Positions 9,489 through 19,435 are shown, counted from the first letter of the whole stretch. The stretch is DNA of 62,875 nt, filler included, from 6 parts of 6 records of this genome joined end to end with filler, not necessarily neighbours in it; one strand, 5' to 3'. Notes: generated by a model from the sequence alone, not told the origin. A program made the numbers and translations.

Positions 9489-10214
9489 ATGTCCAAACTT
9501 CAAATCAATACAACGCAAAATGTAAACCTGGATTATAAAATTGTTGGTATTGGTGAAAGGATCGTAGCTTTTTTAATCGACGGATTTATACTATATCTCT
9601 ATGCCGTGTTGGTGCAGTTGATAGGAAGGGCTATAGGTTATGTATTTGATGACAGTTGGACACAAATAGGTTTGGTTAGTCTTATTTTTCTTCCTGCCAT
9701 GTTTTATAGCTTAATATTGCACAGCCTGTTCAATGGGCAAACGGTGGGGAAAATGCTTATGAAAATCAGGGTGGTAAGATTGGATGGGTCCCCTGTACAT
9801 TGGTCCAATTTACTGGTAAGGTGGATGCTGCGGGTTGTGGATATTTGGCTTTTCTTTGGGTCCGTAGGGTTATTGACCATTTTATTTACGGATAAAAAAC
9901 AAAGATTAGGGGACGCCGCTGCCGGTACCGTGGTCATTAGTACAAAGAATACAGTGAAAATTTCACATACTATTTTGGAAGATGTAGAGGAAACTTATGC
10001 TCCTAAGTTTACCAATGTTACCTTATTAACGGATAAAGATGTTCGTCTAATAAAGGAAACCTATCAAATTGCCAAAAAAAGTAATGATTATAAGACTTTG
10101 AAGGCCTTAAGGGATAAGGTGGAAAGTCTTTTAAATTCCAATTCGGAGCTATATGACGTTCAATATATAGATACCGTATTAAAAGATTATAATTTTTATA
10201 CCCAAAAATCATAG
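9489..10214 (+). CDS. RDD family membrane protein
   Basis: ERIVAFLID, GQTVGK and QRLGDAAAGTVV; ATG 9489 preferred over the upstream overlapping start. Confidence 0.9.
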   Translation: MSKLQINTTQNVNLDYKIVGIGERIVAFLIDGFILYLYAVLVQLIGRAIGYVFDDSWTQIGLVSLIFLPAMFYSLILHSLFNGQTVGKMLMKIRVVRLDGSPVHWSNLLVRWMLRVVDIWLFFGSVGLLTILFTDKKQRLGDAAAGTVVISTKNTVKISHTILEDVEETYAPKFTNVTLLTDKDVRLIKETYQIAKKSNDYKTLKALRDKVESLLNSNSELYDVQYIDTVLKDYNFYTQKS

Positions 10215-10217
10215 CCC

Positions 10218-10835
10218 ATGTTCTATTTCATAATTGATATTTTAGGAATTATTTCCTTTGCTATTTCCGGAGTTTTGGTGGCTATGGACAAAAAGCTGGA
10301 TCTTTTTGGAGTTTTTATCATTGCCTTTGTAACGGCAACCGGAGGTGGTACTTTAAGGGATTTGTTAATTGGCAATACTCCAGTATTATGGATGCAGGAA
10401 CCCACCTATGTTTATGTTATTGCCGGAACCGTTGTTTTTGCTATAATTTTTAGGAATCAATTGAAATATGTACGCAGGTCTTTGTTCCTTTTTGATACTA
10501 TTGGCATTGGTCTGTACACCATGGTTGGTATTTCGCATGGACTTCAGTCGGGCTTGCCTCCTGTTATGTGTATTGCCCTTGGTACTATAACCGCTTGTTT
10601 TGGAGGGGTAATACGGGATATATTATGCAATGAAATTCCGGTAATATTTAGGAAGGAAATTTATGCTACGGCCTGTATAATGGGGGGTATAGGCTTTTTT
10701 CTTTTGCGCAAATTGCCCTATGATGATGCCTACGCCTATGTGGCAACCATATTGATCGTCATTGGGATCCGATTACTTGCGGTTAAATTTAAAATATCCC
10801 TTCCAAGTATTTACCGCAGTGCCAAGGAAGGATAG
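10218..10835 (+). CDS. trimeric intracellular cation channel / UPF0126 family membrane protein
   Basis: Duplicated motifs GGGTLRD and FGGVIRD. Confidence 0.88.
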   Translation: MFYFIIDILGIISFAISGVLVAMDKKLDLFGVFIIAFVTATGGGTLRDLLIGNTPVLWMQEPTYVYVIAGTVVFAIIFRNQLKYVRRSLFLFDTIGIGLYTMVGISHGLQSGLPPVMCIALGTITACFGGVIRDILCNEIPVIFRKEIYATACIMGGIGFFLLRKLPYDDAYAYVATILIVIGIRLLAVKFKISLPSIYRSAKEG

Positions 10836-10916
10836 TTGTAGTTAAGCTTAGGGCTTAGGTGGTGGCTGGTAATGGGACTACCTGCTTTCTAATTATTCCA
10901 AATTATTTATTCCCAA

Positions 10917-11642
10917 TTAAAAAGCTTCAGCTTTTAAGATATATATGTTTTGGGAAGGCCAATCCCCATTGTCCACAGGTTGGCTGTTAATTTTATCTAC
11001 CACATCCATGCCGTCTATGACCTGTCCAAAAGGGGTGTATCCACCGTCCAAATGATAGGAGCCGGGCTTGGTAACTACTATAAAAAATTCGTAGGGAGAG
11101 GCCAATTTATGGGGGTTGTTAATTTCACTGCTGGGCATGGAAACAACTCCCCTATGGTGTTTGTGGCCTTTTCTTGTATCCGGAGGCAAAAGATATCGGC
11201 CAATTTTTGACCTTTTTTCCGCAGTTTCCACATTATCGGCATTGCCTCCCTGAATTATAAAGTTTTTGACCACTCTATGGAAATAGGTGTTATTAAAATA
11301 ACCCATTTTGGCAAGGTATATAAAGTTGGCTTTGTGATAGGGAACGTTATCGAACAACTCAATAGTAATGTCCCCTAGGCTAGTGGTAAGTTTTACCTTG
11401 TTCTCTTTTAAGGTTTTGCTATAATTGAAGAAAAACTCAATGGAATTATCCTCCGTGAGCTCAAAGGCTTTTTCTTCTTCTTTTTCTTCTTCCTCTACTT
11501 TTGGTAGCACTTCGGGAACAATGCTATCTTTTTTAATATTGTTTTGGGGGAGCTCGTTTTCTTTGTTGGTAGGCTGATCTTTGCAGCTCCCTAAAAGGAA
11601 AATAAACAATATTGCAAAAAGTGAAATCTCTTTAAATGTCAT
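10917..11642 (-). CDS. cyclophilin-type peptidyl-prolyl isomerase, lipoprotein
   Basis: Lipobox LGSC; FHRVVKNFIIQGG and HLDGGYTPFGQV. Confidence 0.92.
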   Translation of the reverse strand: MTFKEISLFAILFIFLLGSCKDQPTNKENELPQNNIKKDSIVPEVLPKVEEEEKEEEKAFELTEDNSIEFFFNYSKTLKENKVKLTTSLGDITIELFDNVPYHKANFIYLAKMGYFNNTYFHRVVKNFIIQGGNADNVETAEKRSKIGRYLLPPDTRKGHKHHRGVVSMPSSEINNPHKLASPYEFFIVVTKPGSYHLDGGYTPFGQVIDGMDVVDKINSQPVDNGDWPSQNIYILKAEAF

Positions 11643-11742
11643 GTAATTTGTATTATTTTTTAAATCAGTGTTAAATGATCAATATCGCCCAAGGGTTGGT
11701 TGATTTTTAATTAATTTGCTGAAAATTACAAAAATAGAATTT

Positions 11743-12384
11743 GTGCATTTTGACGATTTTTCCAACAGAGTATCAAAAATAGAAAATCTAGAACTTCCGG
11801 GGAGTGCTTCGCATTATAAAATGGCCCCAATGTTCAGGATAAAGGAGTTGGAGTCCGGTAAAATCGTAAAGAAAAATCCTAGGCAGGCTGCAGTAATGGC
11901 GCTTTTTTACCCTAATATGGACTACCAGACAAACCTTCTTCTGATATTAAGAAATACCTATAAGGGCATACATAGCAATCAGATAGCTTTGCCCGGTGGA
12001 AAGGTAGAAAAGATAGACCTAAATTTGTTGGATACTGCCTTGCGTGAAACCCAGGAAGAAGTGGGGGCAGTTCGGGAGCAGATTACGGTAATCCGATCCA
12101 TGAGTGAAATTTATATTCCTCCTAGCAATATTGAGGTTACGCCCTACCTTGGGCTATATAAAAAGGAGAAACCTTTTTTACGACAGGTAGATGAGGTGGC
12201 AGCCATTGTTGAGGTTCCTTTGTATGATTTTATGGATGATAAGAAAATATTTCATCAAATTTTAAATACATCCTATGCCCAGAATGTAGAGGTACCGGCC
12301 TTTAAATTAAATGGTTATACGGTTTGGGGGGCAACGGCAATGATGTTAAGTGAAATCAAGGAATTGTTTAAACAAGTGTTATAA
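11743..12384 (+). CDS. NUDIX hydrolase, CoA pyrophosphatase-like
   Basis: HSNQIALPGGK...ALRETQEEVG Nudix box and WGATAMML; start codon uncertain (11716 or 11743). Confidence 0.88.
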   Translation: MHFDDFSNRVSKIENLELPGSASHYKMAPMFRIKELESGKIVKKNPRQAAVMALFYPNMDYQTNLLLILRNTYKGIHSNQIALPGGKVEKIDLNLLDTALRETQEEVGAVREQITVIRSMSEIYIPPSNIEVTPYLGLYKKEKPFLRQVDEVAAIVEVPLYDFMDDKKIFHQILNTSYAQNVEVPAFKLNGYTVWGATAMMLSEIKELFKQVL

Positions 12385-12424
12385 GGTACTTATTTTGTAA
12401 TTTTGAATGTTAACAAAAAAATAT

Positions 12425-13228
12425 ATGGGCCTGTTTAAGAAAAATCCGTTTGGACATAATTTGTTTTTAAAGAAGTGGCTTATTCGTATTCTGGCCGTTA
12501 TAACACACAAAAGATATAGGGGATTTAACACTATTGAAATTGAGGGGTCGGATATTATTAGAAAACTGCCTCCACAAAATGTTCTTTTCGTAAGTAACCA
12601 TCAGACCTATTTTGCCGATGTGGTAGCCATGTTCCACGTATTCAATGCCAGTTTAAGCGGTCGGGAAGATTCCATTAAAAATTTGGGATATATATGGCAG
12701 CCCAAATTGAATATGTATTACGTAGCGGCGGCAGAAACCATGAAGAAGAGTCTGTTGACAAAAATCTTGGCATACGCGGGTTCTATAAGTGTAGAGCGGA
12801 CCTGGCGGTCCGAAGGTCAGGATGTTAATCGGAAGGTTAAATTTAGTGATATATCTAATATTGGTACTGCTCTCAATGATGGTTGGGTAATTACCTTTCC
12901 CCAAGGAACCACAACCCCCTGGAAACCGCTAAGAAAAGGAACATCCCATATTATAAAAAAATACAGGCCCGTGGTGGTCCCTGTGGTCATAGATGGTTTT
13001 AGAAGATCTTTTGATAAAAAAGGACTGCGCATTAAAAAGAAGGGTATTCTTCAGTCTATGGTAATCAAGGAACCATTGGATATTGATTATGAGAATGAAT
13101 CTTTCGATTCCATCATTGAAAAATTGGAATATGCAATAGAGCAACATCCTTCCTTTTTAAAGGTTATTCCTAAAAGTGAGTTAATGGCCTACGAAGAAGA
13201 AAACAAAAAACGGAAATTCAGGGTTTAA
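12425..13228 (+). CDS. lysophospholipid acyltransferase (PlsC-like)
   Basis: NHQTYFAD (HX4D-like) and TFPQGT; Bacteroidetes TAnnTTTG element (TAATTTTG 12398-12405) upstream. Confidence 0.85.
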   Translation: MGLFKKNPFGHNLFLKKWLIRILAVITHKRYRGFNTIEIEGSDIIRKLPPQNVLFVSNHQTYFADVVAMFHVFNASLSGREDSIKNLGYIWQPKLNMYYVAAAETMKKSLLTKILAYAGSISVERTWRSEGQDVNRKVKFSDISNIGTALNDGWVITFPQGTTTPWKPLRKGTSHIIKKYRPVVVPVVIDGFRRSFDKKGLRIKKKGILQSMVIKEPLDIDYENESFDSIIEKLEYAIEQHPSFLKVIPKSELMAYEEENKKRKFRV

Positions 13229-13872
13229 ATATCCATTTCCTTCAATTCCTTATAATTTTTATTAAGTTTCTTTAGGAGGATTCCGTAAAGTAAGAAATAA
13301 ATGCATCCCATTACCAGGGTAACAACTATTCCTAAAACGACTACCGTAGATATCAAAATGGTCTTTAATTTCTCTGGGCTAATGTTTTCTGGCTGATAGT
13401 TATATCCCATAGCGACCATAGGGTCCTCGTTCAAGTATATACCTACTGCCATTACGATAAAGGACATGAATATCAAGGACAAACAAAAAATAACATAGTA
13501 TTTAACGGTCTTTCTGGTTTTTAAGATATTGGATAGAAGCTTTTTGGCATTGTCCAGAGTTGATATTTCCCTGTATCTTCTATAAAATTGAAAGATAAAA
13601 TACAGTACCACGGTGTATTGAAGCACGTTGGAAATCAATAAAAAATTCCCAAGGCCCAGATCTTTCCACACGGCCAAATTTTTGGACATGGAGGGAAGAA
13701 AGTACAATAGGTGGGGCACTAAAAATTCAATAATGCTTATTAAGAAAATCCATTTAACGATAGAAGATGATTTCTTCCATATCATTTTATAAATATCATC
13801 AAAGGACAGTTGAGGCAATTGCTTGTCTTTCTTTTGCCAATCCCTTTTTAATAATTCCAGTTCATCCATCAT
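13225..13872 (-). CDS. four-TM membrane protein, candidate anti-sigma factor
   Basis: Starts 4 bp after the ECF sigma stop; N-terminal ELLKRDW followed by four TMs. Confidence 0.7.
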   Translation of the reverse strand: MMDELELLKRDWQKKDKQLPQLSFDDIYKMIWKKSSSIVKWIFLISIIEFLVPHLLYFLPSMSKNLAVWKDLGLGNFLLISNVLQYTVVLYFIFQFYRRYREISTLDNAKKLLSNILKTRKTVKYYVIFCLSLIFMSFIVMAVGIYLNEDPMVAMGYNYQPENISPEKLKTILISTVVVLGIVVTLVMGCIYFLLYGILLKKLNKNYKELKEMDI

Positions 13873-13876
13873 ATGG

Positions 13877-14371
13877 CTAGGGATTTAAAATTGTTTTTAA
13901 CTTGTTCTTTATTCGGTTCATTTTCACTCTGGCATTTACCTCGGTAATACCTAAGGTTTCCGCAATTTCCCTATAGTCTTTGTCTTCAAGGTAAAGAAAG
14001 ACCAAGGCCTTGTCTACATCCCCTAATTGTCTTACCGCATTGTACATCAGTTTAAGTTGTTGTTCTTCGGTAGGGTCGTATTCGTCTGCTGTTATTTTGA
14101 ACATGACCGACTCATAATCTTGTGTCGGGATACTTTTTTTTGATTTTCTATATAATGTTATGGCAGTATTCAGGGCAACCCTATACATCCACGTACTAAA
14201 TTTGGATTCTCCCCTAAACTTGGGATAGGCCTTCCATAATTGAATCGTTATTTCCTGAAACAAATCATTATGGGAGTCCCTATCATTGGTGTACAATGTA
14301 CATACCTTATGTACAATGTTTTGATTGCACTCTAATTCCGTAACGAATTGATGTTCCAAATCCTTGGTCAC
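13877..14371 (-). CDS. ECF RNA polymerase sigma factor
   Basis: DLFQE, KFSTWMYRVALN and region 4 YREIAETLGITEVNARVKMNR; GTG start. Confidence 0.93.
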   Translation of the reverse strand: MTKDLEHQFVTELECNQNIVHKVCTLYTNDRDSHNDLFQEITIQLWKAYPKFRGESKFSTWMYRVALNTAITLYRKSKKSIPTQDYESVMFKITADEYDPTEEQQLKLMYNAVRQLGDVDKALVFLYLEDKDYREIAETLGITEVNARVKMNRIKNKLKTILNP

Positions 14372-14632
14372 TCGGTTCTAGTAGTTAGTTGATGATTAGT
14401 AGTAGAAAATATAATTTTGTTACATCGAATATAAAAATTACTTTTTTAAGGTGGATAATTGAAAATTGTAGTGGATTTGCTTCATGGTAAATTATATTTC
14501 ATCTATCCAAATGCTACAGTGGTTGGTCAAAGTTGTGTCCTGTGTTATTTGCCGGAGCCTAAATATATTTAAAACCAATATTCTTCTTCCCGATTAGTTT
14601 ACGAATGTTTAAATTTACCCATATTTAGATGT

Positions 14633-15925
14633 ATGAATATTCCTAAGACTAGTTTTCCAAGAATTGTCATTATAGGTGGCGGTTTTGCAGGTATTTCCAT
14701 TGCCAAAGGATTGAAAAATAAAGAGGTGCAGGTAGTACTTCTGGATAAACATAATTATCATACTTTTCAGCCACTGCTATATCAGGTATCTACTGGTGGG
14801 TTGGAGCCAGATTCCATTGCTTATCCCATTCGAAAAGTTATAAAGGGCTATAACAATTTTTTCTTCAGGCTGGCCAATGTAGAGGAAATAAGAACCGAAG
14901 AAAATACTATCGTGACCAATATAGGTGCATTGGAATACGATTATTTGGTGATTGCCACTGGTTCTGAAACAAATTATTACGGGAATAGGGAGATTGAAAT
15001 CAATAGTATGGCTATGAAAACCATACCCCAGTCCTTAAATCTAAGAAGTTTAATACTGGAAAATTTTGAGCAGGCACTTCTTACAGATCAGTATCATGAA
15101 AGGGATGCCCTAATGAATTTTGTTATTGTAGGTGCAGGACCTACTGGGGTGGAATTGGCCGGCGCTTTGGCGGAAATAAAAAAGGGGATTTTACCCAAGG
15201 ACTATCCGGATTTGGACACGAGACGGGTACAAATTCACCTTATTCAATCCGGAGATCGCATTCTTAAGGAAATGAGTGAAAAAGCTTCCCAAAAAGCAGA
15301 AGATTTTTTGGAGGGCCTTGGGGTTCAAATTTGGAAAAACACAAGGGTAACGGGTTATGACGGCAAAACGGTCACCACGGATACCGATGTTGATTTTGAA
15401 ACAGCTACCCTAGTATGGGCAGCTGGCGTAAAAGGGGTGGAGATAAAAGGTCTTAATGCCAAGGATCTATTGGTAGGAGGGAGTAGGATTCCGGTGGACG
15501 AATTTAATAAGGTTAAAGGACATAATAATATTTTTGCTGTAGGGGATGTGGCCTGTATGCAGACCGAGGATACGCCCAAAGGGCATCCCATGATGGCCCA
15601 GCCAGCCATGCAGCAAGGAAAGAATCTGGGTGAGAACTTGGTGCGATTATTGGAAAACAAGCCCTTGGAGCCCTTCGTGTACAGAGACAAGGGTAGTATG
15701 GCCACCATAGGTAGGAACAAGGCAGTGGTGGATATGAAGAATATTAGGTTTCAAGGTGTATTTGCCTGGTTTGTTTGGATGTTCGTGCACCTTTTCTTTC
15801 TTATTGGGTTCAGGAACAGAATGGTGGTCTTCGTGAACTGGGTTTATAATTATGTTCGGTTCGATCGGGAGGCCCGATTGATCATTAGGCCCTTCAATAG
15901 AAATTATAGTGCCTTTAAGGATTAG
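14633..15925 (+). CDS. ndh: type II NADH:quinone oxidoreductase
   Basis: GGGFAG, FQPLLYQV, GAGPTGVELAG and DKGSMATIGR. Confidence 0.9.
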   Translation: MNIPKTSFPRIVIIGGGFAGISIAKGLKNKEVQVVLLDKHNYHTFQPLLYQVSTGGLEPDSIAYPIRKVIKGYNNFFFRLANVEEIRTEENTIVTNIGALEYDYLVIATGSETNYYGNREIEINSMAMKTIPQSLNLRSLILENFEQALLTDQYHERDALMNFVIVGAGPTGVELAGALAEIKKGILPKDYPDLDTRRVQIHLIQSGDRILKEMSEKASQKAEDFLEGLGVQIWKNTRVTGYDGKTVTTDTDVDFETATLVWAAGVKGVEIKGLNAKDLLVGGSRIPVDEFNKVKGHNNIFAVGDVACMQTEDTPKGHPMMAQPAMQQGKNLGENLVRLLENKPLEPFVYRDKGSMATIGRNKAVVDMKNIRFQGVFAWFVWMFVHLFFLIGFRNRMVVFVNWVYNYVRFDREARLIIRPFNRNYSAFKD

Positions 15926-15951
15926 AAATATTTAACCGCCAGTACAATTGT

Positions 15952-16863
15952 CTAATCGGATGTCCCACTTTTTCTGGGATGGTATTTATTAATTACTTCG
16001 GCCAAATGTGTGCGGTCTACATGCATATAAACTTCCGTAGTGGTTATGCTCTCATGGCCGAGCATTTGTTGAATGGCTCGCAGATCTGCCCCATTCTGCA
16101 ATAAGTGGGTGGCAAAGGAATGTCTAAAGGTGTGGGGACTTATGCTCTTTTGTAGCCTTATTTCCTGTGCAAGTTGTTTAATAATGGTAAATATCATGGC
16201 ACGGGTCAATTTATTCCCTCGGCGGTTTAAAAAAAGGACATCTTCAGCCCCCTTTTTAATTGTCATGTGTACTCGAATTTCCTTTCTATAGATATTGATG
16301 TATTTTTTATTGATGTCGCTTATAGGAACAAAGCGCTGCTTGTCACCTTTACCGGTAACCTTTATAAAATCCTCCTCAAAATAAAGGTCAGATAGTTTTA
16401 AGTCCAATAACTCGGAAACCCTAAGTCCGCAGCCATAAAGTGTTTCAAGAATGGCCCTATTGCGTTCTCCTTCCGGTTTGGAAAGGTCTATGGCCCCGAT
16501 AAGTTCATTGATTTCTTCCTCAGAAAGGGTATCTGGGAGTTTGCGGCCAACTTTAGGGGATTCTATCAATTCCATGGGATTGTCCTGGCGATAATCCTCG
16601 AAGACCAGGTAATTGAAAAAGCTCTTTAATCCAGATATTACCCTTGCCTGGGACCTAGGATTTACATTTTTTGCCAGTTCGTAAATAAATTGTTGAATGG
16701 TGCTCTTGTGAATATTTATAGGCGTTTCCACAATTTGATGGGCTTCAAGGAACAGCATTAATTTCTCAACATCCAGAACGTAGTTGCTAATGGAATTCTT
16801 GGAGAGACCTCGTTCCAAATTTAGGTAATGTTGAAAATCCTGAAGGGCTTGATTCCATTTCAT
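15952..16863 (-). CDS. xerD: site-specific tyrosine recombinase XerD
   Basis: GLRVSEL, GKGDKQR, HTFRHSFATHLL and LGHESITTTEVY catalytic residues. Confidence 0.9.
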   Translation of the reverse strand: MKWNQALQDFQHYLNLERGLSKNSISNYVLDVEKLMLFLEAHQIVETPINIHKSTIQQFIYELAKNVNPRSQARVISGLKSFFNYLVFEDYRQDNPMELIESPKVGRKLPDTLSEEEINELIGAIDLSKPEGERNRAILETLYGCGLRVSELLDLKLSDLYFEEDFIKVTGKGDKQRFVPISDINKKYINIYRKEIRVHMTIKKGAEDVLFLNRRGNKLTRAMIFTIIKQLAQEIRLQKSISPHTFRHSFATHLLQNGADLRAIQQMLGHESITTTEVYMHVDRTHLAEVINKYHPRKSGTSD

Positions 16864-17075
16864 AGGCTAAATATAATGGACTTTTTTGGGTTGAAATAGT
16901 TTAGGTACATGAACTATTGTTTCAACCGATTAATATTTGATCTTTCCTTAGGCTTGTATTGTCGATTACTATTTGATGGTGATAAAAACCGCCTTAAATG
17001 AAATACTTTTTTACGGAGTGATTAATACTCCATGCCCCTCTTTTTTTATGAATTACATTTTCATACATTTATCCC

Positions 17076-17501
17076 ATGAAGATTATTATTATCAACGGAC
17101 CAAACCTTAACCTTTTGGGCAAACGGGAGCCAGAGGTTTACGGAAAGACAACTTTTGAGGAGTATTTTGCCACCTTGCAGTTCAAGTTTAAGGAGGTGCA
17201 ATTGGAATATTATCAATCCAATATAGAAGGGGAGATCATAAATAAATTGCACTATTGCGGTTTTGAAGGATACGAAGGCGTTATTTTGAATGCCGGTGCA
17301 TATACCCACACCTCCATTGGCATTGGTGATGCCATAAAGGGAATAACAACCCCTGTGGTGGAAGTACATATTAGCAATACTTTTGGGCGCGAAGAGTTTA
17401 GACATACCTCTTATATTTCCCCAGCAGCCAAAGGTGTAATTTTAGGCTTTGGGCTTAAAAGTTACGACCTGGCCATACAAAGCTTTTTAAATAAAGGCTA
17501 G
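17076..17501 (+). CDS. aroQ: type II 3-dehydroquinate dehydratase
   Basis: NGPNLNLLGKREPEVYG, NAGAYTHTS and EVHISN. Confidence 0.97.
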   Translation: MKIIIINGPNLNLLGKREPEVYGKTTFEEYFATLQFKFKEVQLEYYQSNIEGEIINKLHYCGFEGYEGVILNAGAYTHTSIGIGDAIKGITTPVVEVHISNTFGREEFRHTSYISPAAKGVILGFGLKSYDLAIQSFLNKG

Positions 17502-17534
17502 GGTTGATGATTGGGTAAAAAAACAATCCAAGTC

Positions 17535-17622
17535 GTTTTCAATAATTAAACAATATCAGTGACGTACATTTGTGCCTACTGAAAACTGTTTACTGAAAAC
17601 TGTCCACTACCTACTGCCCGCT
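17535..17622. repeat. degenerate heptamer (GNNNACT) array with a decayed inverted partner
   Basis: GCCTACT GAAAACT GTTTACT GAAAACT GTCCACT ACCTACT GCCCGCT at 17574-17622; partial complement GTTTTCA..AAACA..CAGT at 17535-17560. Confidence 0.75.
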
Positions 17623-17910
17623 ATTGAGGGCCAGCTGCGGCTTCAAATATTTCTTGTCCACATAAAAAGTGCCAAAAGGTACAAGGGAAGCAATAAATAG
17701 AATGGCAAACATTTTTAGGTCCCACTTTTTCTCAACACATACTACGATTGCCAAGACTACATAGGCCATGAAAAGAAAGCCATGGGCATAACCAATATAG
17801 ATATTGGGTTCCGGTATTTGTGCTAAATATTTTAGGGGCATCCCAATGCCAAAAAGCAATAGATAGGAAATACCTTCAAGAATTGCGGTAAGACTAAAAA
17901 TTTTCAACAT
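17611..17910 (-). CDS. DUF3817 family small membrane protein
   Basis: AILEGISYLLL..GMPLKY, GYAHGFLF and ASLVPFGTF. Confidence 0.85.
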   Translation of the reverse strand: MLKIFSLTAILEGISYLLLFGIGMPLKYLAQIPEPNIYIGYAHGFLFMAYVVLAIVVCVEKKWDLKMFAILFIASLVPFGTFYVDKKYLKPQLALNSGQ

Positions 17911-17945
17911 ATCTTTTTTGGTGAGGTTCGTAATCAAATTATTTT

Positions 17946-17983
17946 TTTAGACCCGTCAGGTTTTAAAAGCTGACGGGTCTAAA
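17946..17983. repeat. REP-like palindrome / hairpin downstream of lpdA
   Basis: TTTAGACCCGTCAG-GTTTTAAAAG-CTGACGGGTCTAAA, 14-bp perfect arms. Confidence 0.8.
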
Positions 17984-18009
17984 TAGGTAAAGAAAATTTA
18001 AGCCTTTAA

Positions 18010-19401
18010 CTATATATGTATAACTTCCCCATAGGCATGTGCTACAGCTTCCATTACAGCTTCGCTCATGGTAGGGTGGGGGTGTACTGCTTTTAGGATC
18101 TCATGTCCCGTAGTTTCCAGTTTGCGGGCCACTACTGCTTCGGCAATCATGTCCGTAACACCTGCACCGATCATATGGCATCCTAGCCATTCGCCGTATT
18201 TGGCATCGAAAATTACTTTTACAAAGCCGTCCTTGTTACCCGAGGCACTGGCTTTTCCACTAGCTGAGAATGGGAATTTACCAACTTTAATTTCATATCC
18301 TTTTTCAATAGCCTGTTTTTCGGTCAAACCAACAGAAGCAATTTCAGGAGAGCAGTAGGTACAGCCAGGAATGTTACCGTAATCCAATGGCTCCACATGC
18401 ATATCCGCAAGTTTCTCAACACAAAGTATTCCTTCTGCCGAGGCAACGTGGGCCAAGGCCTGTCCAGGGGTTACATCACCAATGGCGAAGTATCCCGGAA
18501 TATTGGTCTGATAATAATCGTTCACTAATATTTTATCCCTATCCGTTGCAATACCAACATTTTCCAAACCAATATTTTCAATATTGGTCTTGATACCTAC
18601 GGCAGACAATACGATATCGGCCTCAAGAATCTCTTCGCCTTTGCTGGTTTTGACAGTGGCCTTCACTCCAGGGCCAGAGGTATCTACCTTGGTTACCTCT
18701 GAGGAGGTCATAATCTTTATTCCGGTCTTTTTAAGACTGCGCTCCAATTGTTTGGAAACTTCTTCATCCTCTACCGGTACTACATTGGGCAAAAACTCTA
18801 CTACGGTTACTTCTGTACCCATAGCATTGTAGAAATAGGCAAACTCTATACCAATGGCCCCGCTACCAACAACAAGCATTTTCTTTGGTTGTTTGTCCAA
18901 GGACATGGCCTCACGGTAGCCTATAATTTTTTTGCCATCCTGTGGTAAACTGGGTAGTTCCCTACTGCGTGCACCTGTAGCAATAATTATATTATTGGCC
19001 GAATATTCGGTTTCTTTACCATCATCCGACTTAACACTTACCTTTTTGCCCGGTTTCAAGGTTCCATAACCGTTAATGACTTCAATTTTATTTTTTTTCA
19101 TCAAAAATTGAACGCCCTTGCTCATGCCTTCCGCTACGTTTCTGCTTCTCTTGACCACCGCATTAAAGTCCTTGTCCACACCTTCGGCCTTGAGTCCATA
19201 ATCGGCTGCATGAAGCAAATATTCGAAAACCTGAGCGGATTTCAATAATGCTTTGGTAGGGATACATCCCCAATTTAAACAAACGCCACCTAGACTTTCT
19301 TTTTCTATAATGGCAGTCTTAAATCCCAATTGAGAGGCTCTGATTGCGGCTACATAACCTCCAGGACCACTACCTAATACAATAATATCGAAATTGCTCA
19401 T
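18010..19401 (-). CDS. lpdA: dihydrolipoamide dehydrogenase
   Basis: GSGPGGYVAA, redox disulfide GGVCLNWGCIP and HPHPTMSE. Confidence 0.97.
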   Translation of the reverse strand: MSNFDIIVLGSGPGGYVAAIRASQLGFKTAIIEKESLGGVCLNWGCIPTKALLKSAQVFEYLLHAADYGLKAEGVDKDFNAVVKRSRNVAEGMSKGVQFLMKKNKIEVINGYGTLKPGKKVSVKSDDGKETEYSANNIIIATGARSRELPSLPQDGKKIIGYREAMSLDKQPKKMLVVGSGAIGIEFAYFYNAMGTEVTVVEFLPNVVPVEDEEVSKQLERSLKKTGIKIMTSSEVTKVDTSGPGVKATVKTSKGEEILEADIVLSAVGIKTNIENIGLENVGIATDRDKILVNDYYQTNIPGYFAIGDVTPGQALAHVASAEGILCVEKLADMHVEPLDYGNIPGCTYCSPEIASVGLTEKQAIEKGYEIKVGKFPFSASGKASASGNKDGFVKVIFDAKYGEWLGCHMIGAGVTDMIAEAVVARKLETTGHEILKAVHPHPTMSEAVMEAVAHAYGEVIHI

Positions 19402-19435
19402 TTATATTTTTTTTGGTAAATAAATTATGAAGTCG

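Noticed and set aside
15952..16863. Tyrosine recombinase as integrase of a prophage or island
   Set aside because: Length and motifs match housekeeping XerD; neighbours are core genes; no att repeats or dif-like site seen.
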